64,000 nucleotides of DNA from Perna viridis (Eukaryota): NCBI GenBank assembly GCA_037379345.1, contig CM074521.1, forward strand, positions 8,556,001 to 8,620,000. The letters run 5' to 3'. How positions within the stretch are numbered: the stretch's first letter is position 1; the number at the start of each line of letters is the position of its first letter. Made by a program: the position numbers and the translations under genes. Under the pieces are notes generated by a model that was not told the origin of the DNA, did not search any database, and was given only the letters and a program-made list of their open reading frames with translations. Shown here in pieces: positions 13,713 to 27,589 of this stretch.

Positions 13713-15383
13713 ATAGAAAAAAATGTATAATGCGCCTTTTTCGTTGTATGGAAAGTCGTCAAACGTGCAACTGTTTAGCAAATGAACGTTATCCTGCTTG
13801 TGTTTTAGTTTTTTGTGTGTGTTGTATGTTTCTGTTTATTTCTGTTTATTTTTATGTTTGGTCTTTTTTTTTTTGGTTTACGTTGTGTTTTGTTCTGTTT
13901 CGTATATACTAATATGACTTAATAACATGACATGTACTTACCCTGATAATGAAGCAATACTATCTTCTCTCATGTACTCCATTTTGTTGTAAAGCCAAAC
14001 GTAATCAAAGGTAGATCTCCATATTGTTCAATTATTTTGCGAATTTTTGAGTCTATAAATTTTGGAATAAAAAAATCGGTTCTTTGGTACAGGTTTTATC
14101 TTTATCCTTTTTGTGATGATAATGTAAGCGTCTTTAAGTTCTAGTACGTTTTTCTAACGTATCCACTGATAGTCACCTAATACCGTTAGCATAAATATTC
14201 ATACAGAATAGGAGTTCAGACTTTCCCTTACACCCTTATATATCATCGAAAGCCTTAATGTGCGAGTATTGTAACACCATCTCAGTAGATAACTATATAC
14301 GTAAATTTCTAATCATGTGGGGAAGATATGCCAATATTCTCTCTTTATCTGACTAATAAAAGTTGTCAGATGTTTAATAAGGTTCGATTCCCTTTCTTAA
14401 GATATACTTGACATTATGATACTTAACAGCGGGGAATCCAATTGATTTATGATCGATTTTGATTTATAATGTCAACGTGAATATGTATCACTGACCATAA
14501 GATACAGAGGGACTAGGAGAAATTCTAGATTGCTAAATTTGTCCAGTTCGAAAGCACAACATCTATATCAATTGTATTTTTCTTCAAATGATACGTTTTA
14601 TTTGCTCTTGGTTAATAAGGAGTAGTCTTTGTAAGAATCATGCGAATGCAGTGATATTTGATACACCCAAAAAGGCTACACATTTTCATTTTTGTTATTA
14701 AATTGCTCTATAATAATAGGTCTTTGTGATGAAATGTATGATTATTCTTTTCAATCTGTCTGCTATTTGGAGGTCATTCGAATTGAAATTCAATACTAGT
14801 AGTTTCTATTGTATTTCAGAGTCGTTTACAGAGTTATCTCCCTTACTTTTGAATTCTACAGTACCTTCTATATATTTTTTATCTCCAAAGAACAAGGGAT
14901 ATATGTAAAGCTACTCGTTAATTTCTGTGAACTATAACATTTTAACAAAATATCAAAAATAAAAGTATGTAGGCTTTCCAACCACGAATCGCTTTTTGCA
15001 TGATTCTTATCTGGAGTGCTACTTTATTCATCGCAACGCATGTTCTTGGGTGAGGAACCCCGACTTCAAACGACTTCAGAAGTTAGTGAGTACCGAGTAG
15101 TAGTGTTCTCCTCCCGTAGACATGGATGCTCCCGAGGAAGAAAGGTAACTTCACCGGTGCACCTTATCCATGCTCACATATTTTGGTTGGAGACTGGGAT
15201 GCTCAATTTATTTCAGTTTCTCTTTACATAACTCACTGATTCTGCGTCCATAATGTGCTCATTGTGCGTGATTTTGTCTCAATTTTCTTTGCTATACATG
15301 TACTATGGTATCATGACTCCCGATGTTTTGAATGGTGATGTACATCTTTATGCTGAATTTTGCTGATAAGACTTACATGTTAA

Positions 15384-15594
15384 GGAGGTAGACCTAGGGT
15401 AAGGGAAATATGTCTTGAAGTCAGTGATATGTTTGTATCATATTCGATTTCACCAAAGCCTTTCAAGCTTTCATTTGAAACAGAATGAAATCAGTTCAAC
15501 TTACTTTGATGCTTACATGAGATTGATGTAAAATGCTGAGTACAAACGTTCCAATGATTTGTAGAGTTGTGTCCCTTACCCGAGGTCTAACTCC
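15384..15594 (+). mobile_element. Kolobok-like MITE, copy 3
   Basis: ttaa|GGAGGTAGACCTAGGG...GGTCTAACTCC|ttaa. Confidence 0.85.
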
Positions 15595-17234
15595 TTAAGT
15601 TCGAACCGGTTTTGCTAGTAAGTTGAAGAAAAAATGTACGTGCACTTCTTACACGTACTTGAACATGTAAGGAAAATTCACTCGACGATAGAAACTTGTT
15701 ACCCTCTGAATATAGCGTGTTACTGTTTTTCAGCATACTACCTCGTAGTAGGCCGCTATAGTTATGACACGAACGATCAGTGGTACATGTAATGTCAAAT
15801 TTGGATCAATGTGCGTTCAAAAACGTGAGTCTCTAATCCCCCCGTATGATATTAAGTATTTGGGATAACCAAATTTAATATATATTGCCAATGTTAATAG
15901 CGTGAGGATCGTTTTTGTTATTGATTACACTGATTAAATTATCTACTAATGTACCTTGTCAAAAAAGATATTAACTTTCTTAGCTTTTTTATTTGGTTAA
16001 TTGATTTCGTAAGCCTTTATGCTAATTTTGTCACATTTTCTATCTTCAAGTCACTTAAAAGTGGATTAGAAAACAGAATTAATTTAATGATCATAGCTAA
16101 CTGTATTATAATTCAATTTATATGGATTTGCAACTAGAGTTGATGCACGATACGGAACTTCAGGTCTCGGTCTTGTATTCTTTGCCCCGTCGGCTTCCAT
16201 AATAAACCTTAAATTTTCGTGATTTATAAAAAAAAATAGACAAGGCGTTTCAATCTAAGTTTTGATCATGTTTTTCCATTTAGGAAATGTCAAAAATAAA
16301 TTTTAGGTCCATTCCAGAAAAAAAAAGCTTTGGTACACCAGAACAGGTCGACTAAAAAAGTCTTCTACTTTCACTTTTATTTTGAGTTCTTAAAATAGAC
16401 TTTTTTTCTGAAGCATTATTTTTAATGAGACTACCGTTTTTCCTCAAAAACAAGTTTTTTTTTGTTTCATAGCTTGATATTTACCTTGTACTTTTGGTGA
16501 AAAATGATAATCATTTGCGAAAAAACAAAAACAGGAATATGTAATGCAAGACTGCTATCTTCAACTCTACCCTAATGGCTGAAACTACAGTTTTTTTCTC
16601 TATACATGAAAAAAACATGCACTGTAATTTTCATTATAATATTTGTCTACAACATTTTTTAACCGTGATTGGGTGGCTCTTTTCCCGAATTCCCGTCATA
16701 TTATCAAGCAAGATAAATGATCGTGAACAATCTAGTTAGTATGCACGAAGAATGATATCAAGAATTTGTTACTTTTTCGACAATTCCGACAAATCTGCAA
16801 CTATTAAGTTTGTTAAAGTTAAAACAAACGAATCAATGATGTCTGTTAATATGATTTATCATTTGCAAAGGAAGTTGAGTAATGCGGCAGATGGTTATCT
16901 ATCTGTTCACAATCATTCATCTCGCTTGACGTTAGAATCGGGTCTTACTTTTTAAAAACCAATACATGTACCATTGTTATGTTACATTCTAAATAATTTT
17001 ACAGTAGACAATATTCTGATTTCTAAGCTTCTTCAGTTGGAATGCACGAACGAATACTGTAGATCATGCGCGTTGTAATGTAACTAATAGGCTAGTGACT
17101 TGCTTCCAGTTTAACGTAATTACAACCGCGGTGTTCAAAGCCTTTGTACCTCATACATAAAGCGTAACTATGTTAACACGGTGAAATTATCACCTCATAA
17201 TAATACAAGTTCACGTATATTCAAGATATAAGAT

Positions 17235-20200
17235 ATGAGGTGGATTAGACCGCTTCGATATACCCCGAAATGGACGCCTGGTCTTCCGTCCACGTGCCGA
17301 TCTCATGGATCTGGTTTACTACAGAGAAATACCGGTGGAATGCACAGATACCAATGCAAAGTTAGTAATGATTTTTTACCTTTATGTCTTAAAACACACA
17401 GGTTTCTTATGATTCTTTCAGCATGATTCTTTCCTCAGCGTATTTTATATACTCGATCGTGCTTTATTTCCTAATATATTCTTTAAACTACGTTACATGT
17501 TAGATTCTATTAGAATAGTAATAATATTTGTACTTTTGGGATTCGCATACTTAAGATTCAAATGTATAAGAGATAAAAGTTACATAAACGACACACAGAT
17601 TATTATAATGTATACTTTATATACACAAGATAGTGTACTATGTATAGTTGATGTATACATTGTAGATAAATATGTGCACCAGCTCCAGGGTACAAAAGGA
17701 TCTATTCCAAGACATTGGTTCTCTGGATGAAAGTGACGGCGACTCCCTGATTTCCCTTTCCATGGGAGCACCGGGACTGGCGGCGCTGGACGGGTGCAAT
17801 GATATCATGCTGGAAGCAACAAAGCGCACATTAGTAAGGCTTCTAATAATGGGTTATCTTCCTGCAAATTATAGATAGACATTCTATATTGTGTGTTGTC
17901 TTTGAAGTGTCATTTGCTAGTCTTTGCTTGGCGGTCTCCTGGAATGACGTGTACACGTCAAAATGTCTCAGCAAACGTCAAGATCATCTGGGCTAATATA
18001 TAGATATATATTGTTCGTATAAAGGTACAAATGTAGTGCTTGGACTATACACAGGGGCTTGCTCCCATGCACTATCAAATATGCACCCGACTGGTGCATG
18101 TACACGTATACATTCTGGTGTTTATATACTAGGCGTTCTGCATGTTTGATTGTGGGAGCAAGCCCCTGTGGATGATAGATGTATCGGGTACAAGATTTTG
18201 TTTTTAAGTTTAAATTTTTTTTTCCGAAAAAATCGACAATTACATGAATTTCAGAGGCGGACAAAATGGTAAAGCGTTAGAACTTGCTAATAATGGTTAA
18301 AAATTATAAAGTTTCGATTGTTTTTGGAATTTTTTTTTTTTTTAAATTCCAGACGTAAGTGCCTGTGATACACAATGTAACAGGCACAACAGAATTCTGT
18401 AAAGAGCGGGCTCAAATGTTTTAACATTTATATAGGAAAATGGGAGTCCTTCCAATCACAAACCAGATACCATATTAAAATGTGCGATACTTACTAGAAC
18501 ACCCATTCTACGCCTGAGTTAAAAAATATACATGCACTTCATACTTACATAGTACGTCATTTCGGACAGTACGGGTTTGGGCCACACATGTACATGTTTC
18601 ATACCCCTTACATAATGGGATGTCGCTCACCCCTTCTCTATTTTATTTTATACTGGACGATTTTTCCATAATATACAAGTACTACACACAAACTTGAAAA
18701 GCTCCTGATTATTGATGGAGTTGCATATTCATTCTTCATGTACTCACCAGAATTAGATTATTTTATGTACTCACTAGTCAGATTATTTCATGCACTCACT
18801 AGAATTAGGTTATTTTATGTACTCACCAGAATTATGTTATTTTATGTACTCACCAGAATCAGATTATTTTATGTACTCACTAGAATTATATTATTTTATT
18901 TACTCCCTAGAAATAGGTTATTTTATGTACTCACCAGAATCAGATTATTTTATATACTCACTAGAATTAGGTTATTTTTATGTACTTACCAGAATCAGAT
19001 TATTTTATGTACTCACTAGAATTAGGTTATTTTATGACAGAGGAAGGAGGAGGAAAGATATATTTTCCAATACGGGCCTTTAAGAGGAGACCCGGATTTT
19101 CTACAGGTTCTAGCCTCGTTCCTGTCACAGCAATACGGAAGTACAGTAAACAGGTGCTTGTACTTTTATTTGCATTTTACAGTCATGAGTTTTACTTAGC
19201 TAACAATCATTTGGTGTTTTTTTTTTGTTTTTTTTTTTTTTTTGGGGGGGGGGGGGGCTATGAATTTTTTTTTTACACAAATTGAGCCAGAATATTGTGC
19301 TATACCAGTAATTTTACAACTGGTTATTTCCTTGGACCATTATAATTCAGCATTATCATATTGGAATTGGTTAAAATCATCACTTTAATTTGGTGGAGTA
19401 AGGTCTTTTGGCAACATGTTTAAATCGAATTTTAATGCATAAACTGCTCGCAAAAAGGCAGAAGTTTAATACAATGCTGTATTGCTATAGTAACAACTTG
19501 ATGGTAAATGCAGGTGCTACACAAGGGATCCATCTGGTTACCACTGTAATGTTTAATCAAGAGACTCCAATTTTTGTCGAGGACCCGACGTTTTTCTTGG
19601 CTATCAATATGCTGCGAAAAGACTTGGGACGGAGAGTTATACCAGGTTTATATTAATACACTACTGCGTATTTATAGGCATCTATAGGTACATGTATGTA
19701 AAGACGACTACAGACTGCATGATTTGAACATAAAACACGAATCGACCGTATTGGGACTCGGTATAGAAACGAGGCCTTGAGATTTACACGCATTTATTGT
19801 GTGCATAACGCTAATGCCCTATAATAGTATGCGGATAATGACTTATTAATGTAAACAGTTAATATTGAGCCGGACGGTATTAAATCTAAAAAAATAATTA
19901 TATACAAGGGAGACAATCATGTTGTATATCATATGCCTGAATAGTATTATTAAAATACGCACGTAATGTCAATAAAATGATGGTAATTCTCTGTTAGAGA
20001 TGTAAGACACAAACATGTGTCGAACCAAAACGATGTACGTGTAGTTCAATTACATGCAGGTAAAATATCTCAGTTGAAACGTGTATTTCAGTACAGACAG
20101 ACAAGGATGGAATTTTGCCTTCAGCTCTAGAAAGAGCTATTGTAGAACATACGCCGACATGTGAAACAAAGACTCCCTTCAAGGCTCTGGTGTATCTGAT

Positions 20201-23200
20201 TACCACACTTAATAACCCCAGAGGATTCTCATCTTCACAAGGTATGGCAGAGGCGGATTTAGGAGGTTCTGGGGGTTGGGAACTCCCCTTTGGTTGATTT
20301 TTTTTATTTCGTTCAAAAACTTTGGCACAAATGAGCAACTAATAGCACTGAAACCCTCCTGTCAAAATCTCTGAAAGCCCTGTACGGTACTTGTTCGTGA
20401 ATGTGGTATGTTACAGAATTTGACTTCATGACACTAAGGCTTAACGTTTGACATTCTGATTTGGTTTACTGGATAACAAGTTACTTAGTGGATTAAGGTG
20501 CCTAAACCAGCACCAATAGGTGCTCAATACATGGATTTTGAAGTCAATAGTTGCCGCCATTAAAATTAATTTTCTATATGAAAATTGATTTTCACGTCAT
20601 AAATTTAGTGTACACTGACAGTTGTTATTTTTTTTTTCGAAGATATCTATTAATTTTGAGGCCATTAAATCAAAAGTAAAGATATCTGTAACCAAAGTTG
20701 TATCAACCTTCGGAACTGCTACAAACTGTATAAAATTCAGTTTGAATAAGATTTTGTATGTATAAAGATGCATTTATTGTCAGCTGTTTTCCATTTATGT
20801 TTTTATTTTTATTATTCGTGTCTTTTAGAGCGCTGCCGGGAACTGATTACTTTAGCCCGGAAATACGACGTTTTACTCCTGACAGATGATGTATACAATC
20901 TGTTGTATTACCGCACGGCTAGTTCTCAACGTCTGTTGACATATGATGACCCGTAAGTAAAGAAAAACTGAATTCTAAGTGCACCATTATTGGTTCGTTT
21001 CAGACGAACCGGAAGTTAAATTAGAGAAAGTTGGTTCGTTCCAGTTAATGGAAAACGGTAATAACCTGCAAGAACCAGGTTTATATTTGCAATTTCGATG
21101 GACTATTCTCAACTGAATTCAATTGAAATCAGTTGTTTTAATATCATGCTGTCTAAGGCATTGTAGCATATCTAACTTAACTTGATTGGACGATTCTTAT
21201 AGTTACCATAAATGGTCGTTTGGCCCACTTTTATCTGGAGCGCTTCCGTTTGAACCACGGATTCGTGTGCCATTATTGGTTCTTACCAGATGAACAGGAA
21301 GTAGAATTAGAGAAAGTTGGTTCGTTGTGGTTAATGGAAAACAAGCCAGATCTTCACCAGAAGTGATCACTAAACCCTCTGATAATTTTAGAACACCATA
21401 TAAAACGAACAGATAATTTACTGTCAAGGGTAGTTTCTTGTCATATGGAGTTATAAGCTCTTTTCTCTTGCAGAAGTCTTAAAGATAAAGTGGATCAAGG
21501 CCCAATGGAATAAATCCCATAAAATCCACATAATGTTTTCCTCGCATCCTCTTTCCATTATTTTAAGTTATAATTCGCTTTTTGATTATAGAAATGTAAC
21601 TGACATAAATGATGGCGTTTTTATCATATTTCCTTTCTTTTGTTCACATTTGAAAATGAATTTGAATTCGTAGGTAATGTTTAGGTAATATAATTTAGTT
21701 ACAAATAAGTGATATCCTTGACTTCAGAAAATGAAAGATATATGTAACCTTTAGTTCTGTTTCTTTTTCTGGGCCTGATTTCAGAAAGAACAATGTGAAG
21801 GTACCGTTTGTGGCCAGTGCCATGTTTTTTGTTTGATTTTAGAAACGATGCCGACTTTAAAGGAAATGTTTTGTCCAATGCCTCGTTTTCGAAAGTGTTT
21901 GGACCTGGAATAAGGCTTGGATGGATAGAGGCTCCCCAAAGGGTGTTACAATACCTTGATAATTGGTAGGTCTTAACACAATATGTTAACTACATGAATA
22001 TTGATAACGTTATTGATATTATTTTATTTTTGTCTGCATCTCTATAATAAAAAAATATTGTTGATTGCCATGAACACAAGGAAATCGATGTTCATTTTAT
22101 TTAGTTAAGAACATTAACATTTTCAAGAAAAGTGTTTTATACCTTACATATAGCTTTAAATATGTTGTCAGTTCTATAACCCGGAGTGGTGGCTGTTATA
22201 ACCATTACACAGCCTGGGTGATGTCTTCAGCACTAAGAGAGGGTGATATATCCCAACATCTTACCAGGCTTAGAGATATGTATAAGGTACAATGTTTGAT
22301 CAGTCTATGTAATGGCAGCATCTCTGAGATAAGCCATACTTTCAACATCTACCCAAGGTTAGACATGACTGAGTGTGTTTAACTAGATAGAGTCATGTCA
22401 GCATCTTTGAAAGGGGTCATATTTTCAACTGCTAACCTCAGGCATGACTGTGTTTAATTAGACTGGGTAATGTCAGCATCTCTGAGATGGGACATAATAT
22501 TCAACTTCTAACCAAGCTTATATATGACTGTGTTAAAGCAGTCTTGGTAATGTCGGCATTTTTAAGAGGGCCATATTTTCAAAATCAAACCAAGCATAGA
22601 GATCTGTATAAAATATGGTGTTCAATCAGTGCAGGTGATGTCAACATCGCCTATAGGAGGTCTCACCATATCACATACATGTATATTTTTAATCATAATC
22701 TGAAGGACACGTTATCTTCCCTCCAGCAATTGTAATACATGTAAAGGTCAAATAAGATTAAAGTGAGGTCGTTTCATGTATAAAATATGTGTTCATTTAT
22801 CTTTTCTTGTGTGACTGAAGGTATCGCACAAAAAATATACAATTAGTCTTAAAGCATTAGTGTCTACAAACCTATATGCTACATAAAACACATATATCTG
22901 TGTAAAATGTATGGTTTCAGATTCAAAAGTAACAATCATATAAATATTGCCAATTTCGGTATGCTGATTTCGTTTTGGGGTAATGCTAATAGTCTTTTTT
23001 TCATATTCCGGACTTTCGCTTCGTTTTTTAAGATTTTAAGCAAAGGGGGTAACTTTCTACAAATCTGTCATCCGACAGACTGGTTTACTGCAATGGACAG
23101 CCGTAGACTTCAAATTCAAATATACAATTTACTAGAGCCGCGGTAAGTATTTGGATACATTTGAATTACATAATTATTTCAAACCACTAAGGTACTTATC

Positions 23201-25537
23201 GAAGTGAAAATACAATGTAGTTTCAGTTTCAAAGAAAATTGTTTATTGTTTTCTTTTTCCCCAATTAGACCGCCAATAACGTCCCTTTGAAAAACGTGCT
23301 AAAATGGCTTGCATTCCGTAAATAAGAAAAACGACTATTAACACACACATTTGTACTTTGAAATGAATATATGAATTTGAATGTTGTTATGATGTTAATG
23401 ATCATTATTTATATTAACACCGAGTACTTCTTGTATACAATTAATTTGAATGAATGCATATATTATGGGCAAATAATACTTATGACTGTAATCATATTGG
23501 GGGAAAAAATGTTTAGGCGCTGTGTGAAATCAGATGTGGATGTAGCAAGCAGTGTGCGTGTAATGGTGACCTAGTCCAATAAGAATTGGCTTCCTTCCTA
23601 TTTAAATTTAGATAACATACTTTATTGGGTCTCATAAGTGTTATTTGTCCATAACATATGCTTTCATTTAAAGTAATTGTGTATTAAAATAATTGTATAC
23701 AAAAAGTTCTCAAACCAAAAATATCGAAATACAGATGTTGGAAGCCAAATTCAGTGCGGATAAGTTATCAATACTCCCTGCATTTAGCAAATTCGAATGG
23801 AAGGAGTATTGACATAGTCCAAATTAACTTCCACATTACCAATATGAAAAACTCAGATTAAAAATCAGGCTGATTGTAAAATTTACAGGGTAAAGCATTT
23901 AATATTATCGTTTAACATGTATACATACACATGTACATGCACATATACTTACAAATGTGTTTGCATCATCCAACACTGCAAGTCGGTGATAACTTCAGTA
24001 AGGTCATTATGTTATTAGTTTGACCTTGAGATGGGAATGGAGAACGGACGTTCTATATGACCAGTGATATTTTGACCTTTCAGAGGAGAATGGATGTCCT
24101 TTGTGACGAGTTATCTGATGGCTTTCCCGTTGAAATAACATTCCAGAAACCAGAGGTATTTGTTTCAGTACAATTGAAATCTTTTTAGCACCTTCGCCCC
24201 CACCCCTTTAAGAGCGGATACATAGGAAATAGCATTTTTAAATGTATAGTAATATGAGAACGACAATTTGGTGTGGGGATGGGATGGAGATTTATTCGGA
24301 TCAAAATATTCATATCACAATATATCCGCGTCGAAATATTTCTTTTCAAATTCGTCCAGGCACCTTTCCAAATCTAACGGTTATCTCCTCAATTAAACAT
24401 CTCAAGGAGGTAGACAGATGGTAAGGGACATAAATTCCTATAAACATGAACAACTAAACCTGCACTCGACTTTTCTTCTACATTACTAAATACTAAAATT
24501 AACAATTTTTAAATCAACCTTTTGTTACTGGTATGGAATGTTGAAAAGATAACAGTTAGATGTACTGTATGCATGTTCTATCCTTGAATGAGCAAAACGG
24601 AATTCTTCAATGGCTAAATCATTATAGTAAGTTCGATACAAAATTTTACGCAACACACTTGCATATTATACATAAAGTTTCCCATGTTTTGTATAGGGAG
24701 GTTTCTTCTTGTGGATTGAGTTGCCTGGAAACGCTTCCTCGACAAAACTTCTGAAAATAGCTGAAGAAAAATATGGACTCAATTTTATAACTGGACCAAG
24801 GTATGATACTAAATAGTAATCGGAATTTGATTGCATTTTTTTTAACATAGCAATTTTTATAATCTTAATAGGAGCATAACGACACACGGTGTCACCATTT
24901 GGGACACAATCATTTTTTTACATGCAGTAAATTCCAATTTGTTTGTGAGCTTTATTAATAATTAGTATCATTTCACAAAAGTAATAATGTTTTCTTCAAT
25001 TATACAAGCGCATTTGCACAGTTTCGATCCAAATGTCGTTCGTTCGTGTATTAAAAGTTAGGTACTATATCTTTGCCTACAGACCATGGCACATAAAGTT
25101 AACTATAGTCCATATACATGTAAGTTTTCGTCAGCTGCATCTGGCAATGTTTCATAGGGATACAGTAACTATAAAATTTGATATGGAGCTTCATCGTGAA
25201 AAGTTGTTGTGAAAGATTGTCGCCTCGATTGCATATCTACTTCTTGTTTACACGATGTCTGACTTCTTCGAGTTTTTCATCTGTGTTCATCTGCTAGTCA
25301 TTTATTATGTTTCCATAGTTACAGTAACGCATGTCCTACGGACAGCTTCAGTAAATGCGTCTGTCTGTCTGTCAGTAATCATGTTTCCATTGTAGTACAT
25401 CACCCACAGGCAGTTTCACCAACTGTATCCGTCTGTCCGTCAGTTATTATGACGAGGATCGAATCATAGAAGGTGTCAATAGACTCAAGAATGCTGTTCG
25501 AGAGTACGAGCAAATCCGGAATTCATCGAACAGCTGA
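17235..25537 (+). CDS. PLP-dependent aminotransferase class I/II (YER152C-like / 2-aminoadipate transaminase-like), paralog A; 419 aa from ATG 17672, or 463 aa with the upstream exon
   Basis: GT-AG exons with consistent phases: 17235-17360 (putative), 17666/17672-17833, 19041-19153, 19491-19645, 20092-20241, 20829-20952, 21843-21965, 22172-22286, 24084-24155, 24697-24800, 25396-25537. Motifs FQYGP, AGATQG, VEDPTF, NNPRG, DDVY, SFSK-VFGPGIRLGW (PLP lysine), GGFFLW, CIRLS. Confidence 0.92.
18738..19040. repeat. 27-bp minisatellite (11 units) ending at a splice acceptor
   Basis: Unit atgtactcacYagaattagRttatttt. The array runs into tattttatgacag| of exon 19041. Confidence 0.92.
22213..22660. 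repeat. Degenerate 75-90 bp tandem repeat derived from the exon 22172-22286 / intron junction
   Basis: Units start gt.atg.cagcat. One copy translates VMSAFLRGPYFQNQTKHRDLYK against exon VMSSALREGDISQHLTRLRDMYK. Confidence 0.75.
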
Positions 25538-27589
25538 CGGAAATTGTCGAGTCATGTCATTCGGACCACGGTCAACAATTCGAAATATTTAAGGAATATA
25601 CATTTGTATTTCGTGTAATGTTTTCAAAATAAGATTATATTTCTTTTCATTCATTCATACGCACTAGTGCGTATCTTCATTTAAACCTGCACGGCTTGTG
25701 GGTTCACGGATCAATTACGTTTGCATAACCTTGAATCAGCTAATACACTAAAGAGGGACTTGACAGCTGTTTTAAGTTTTCATAAAACCTTGCTTTGTTT
25801 TTTAAATAAAACATTCTTTAATGCACACGTAGTTCTTTGTCGTACTGTTTTGCATAATACGCAAACTGTAACATACATGCATATAGACAATTTGTGGAAT
25901 AGATACATGTACACGTTTACCCCAGAGATAAAGGTGTATACAAAAAAGGTACTTCTGTACCGATATCCATGACCCATAATAAAACAGCGTGTAATACGGA
26001 TTTTTTATGTATTATTTCTATCATGTATCATGTATTTTTTATATCAAATCCTATAAAAAAAATCTCAAAGTACCCATATCAACTGAGAGCTTGCAAGAGG
26101 CTATTGGTCGGCTAGTCCTGGCATAAACATAATATTCTGTTTGGCATGATCATGTATGTTTCAACGACTAGACGTATTTCCCTGTTCATCATGTGATTGG
26201 GCGTGCTGGAGAATTTTGTAGGGCTTTGCCTTCTACATGTACAAATTTATGTATACATTTTTGTAATTGCTCCTCTTGGGGTTTGATTTCACCCAAAAGA
26301 AGGACCCTGCCTCTTCATTTAACATTTGAATCCAGACCCTATACAAACCAATGGTCATGTGTTCGTACGGAGAACGCAGTCTTCAGCAGTTGTTTGGGTG
26401 GACATGCAGTTGTATATGTTCAGTTAATACATCATACTGTATGACTGTATAAAAGTTCAGACGCCGGTCACAATGTACAAACATTAGACACAGTTTTAGA
26501 TAAAGCTGTAGGGTAATTTGTAAAACACGTGTGATTATGAGAAATAAATAGCTTAATTTCATTCATGCGAACGATTATGTTACTACATGTATTACACAAA
26601 CAATTTCAAGTACTAAATACATGTATGTAGGTTATATAAATGAGTGGAATATTATATTTTCACCATTATTAAGGCCTGTGGTGGTCTCATTTTATGAAAT
26701 AAAATAACGTAATATATACATGTATGTACTTATAAAAATAATAATCCACCTGAAGGGTTTTAATTCTGGTTTAACTATTTAGGAACCACTACTTCTAACG
26801 GCTTTCAACAATACTTTATAAATACATAGCATCATGAAGACGAAAAGGGGGGGGTGCCTTATTTTTTTTTTTATTATTATATTAATAGCATGCATATGAC
26901 TCTTTTTTAAGGTAATATATGATATGTGCTTAATGACGTCTGGCTTAGAGCGCGGACGTTAGCTTCCCTTAAATTGGAAACAAAATGCTTTTGCAGATCA
27001 TCTTGAAAATACCACAAAACAAGTCAATTACTTTTTTCTTGAAATACACATATATACCTCCACCCCCTGTCTCTCAACCCTTTTGCGACCCTTGAATGAA
27101 ATGCATTCCTATTAAAAAGCACAGTTAGCCTTACTACATGCATTTTGACCACTGATTTTGTCACATAGGGTTTTTTTGATGAGCTTATTTTGTGTATTTT
27201 ATTATCTAGACAAATCTCATATTTAAACTTTACGTTACACGAATCAACGGTTTCATCGCCTAAAGAATGCAAATTTCGTGTACCTTTCCTTAAATGTTTA
27301 TAGCAGGTAAACAAATTTCATTGATTAATAATAAAGGTGTACGTTGTTTTGGTTTTTACAAGTTACTTTAAATAGAACAGCGACTTGTAATCCCGGGTTA
27401 TATAGAAACGCCTTTGTCTGGACATACATACAATAGATATCGCCATTGAAATCATCGTTTATTACGGAATATATAGAGTGGTTAAGTTCACTGACCCACA
27501 ACTAACAGACCGCATCTTTAGGCACAAGATACTTTGACGCATTTTGGAAAAGTCGGGTCAGGAAACCAGTTTTAAGACACCTCCTAACC

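Noticed and set aside
18738-19083. Overlapping repetitive ORFs (YSPELDYFM / VLTRIRLFY)
   Set aside because: By-products of a 27-bp intronic minisatellite.
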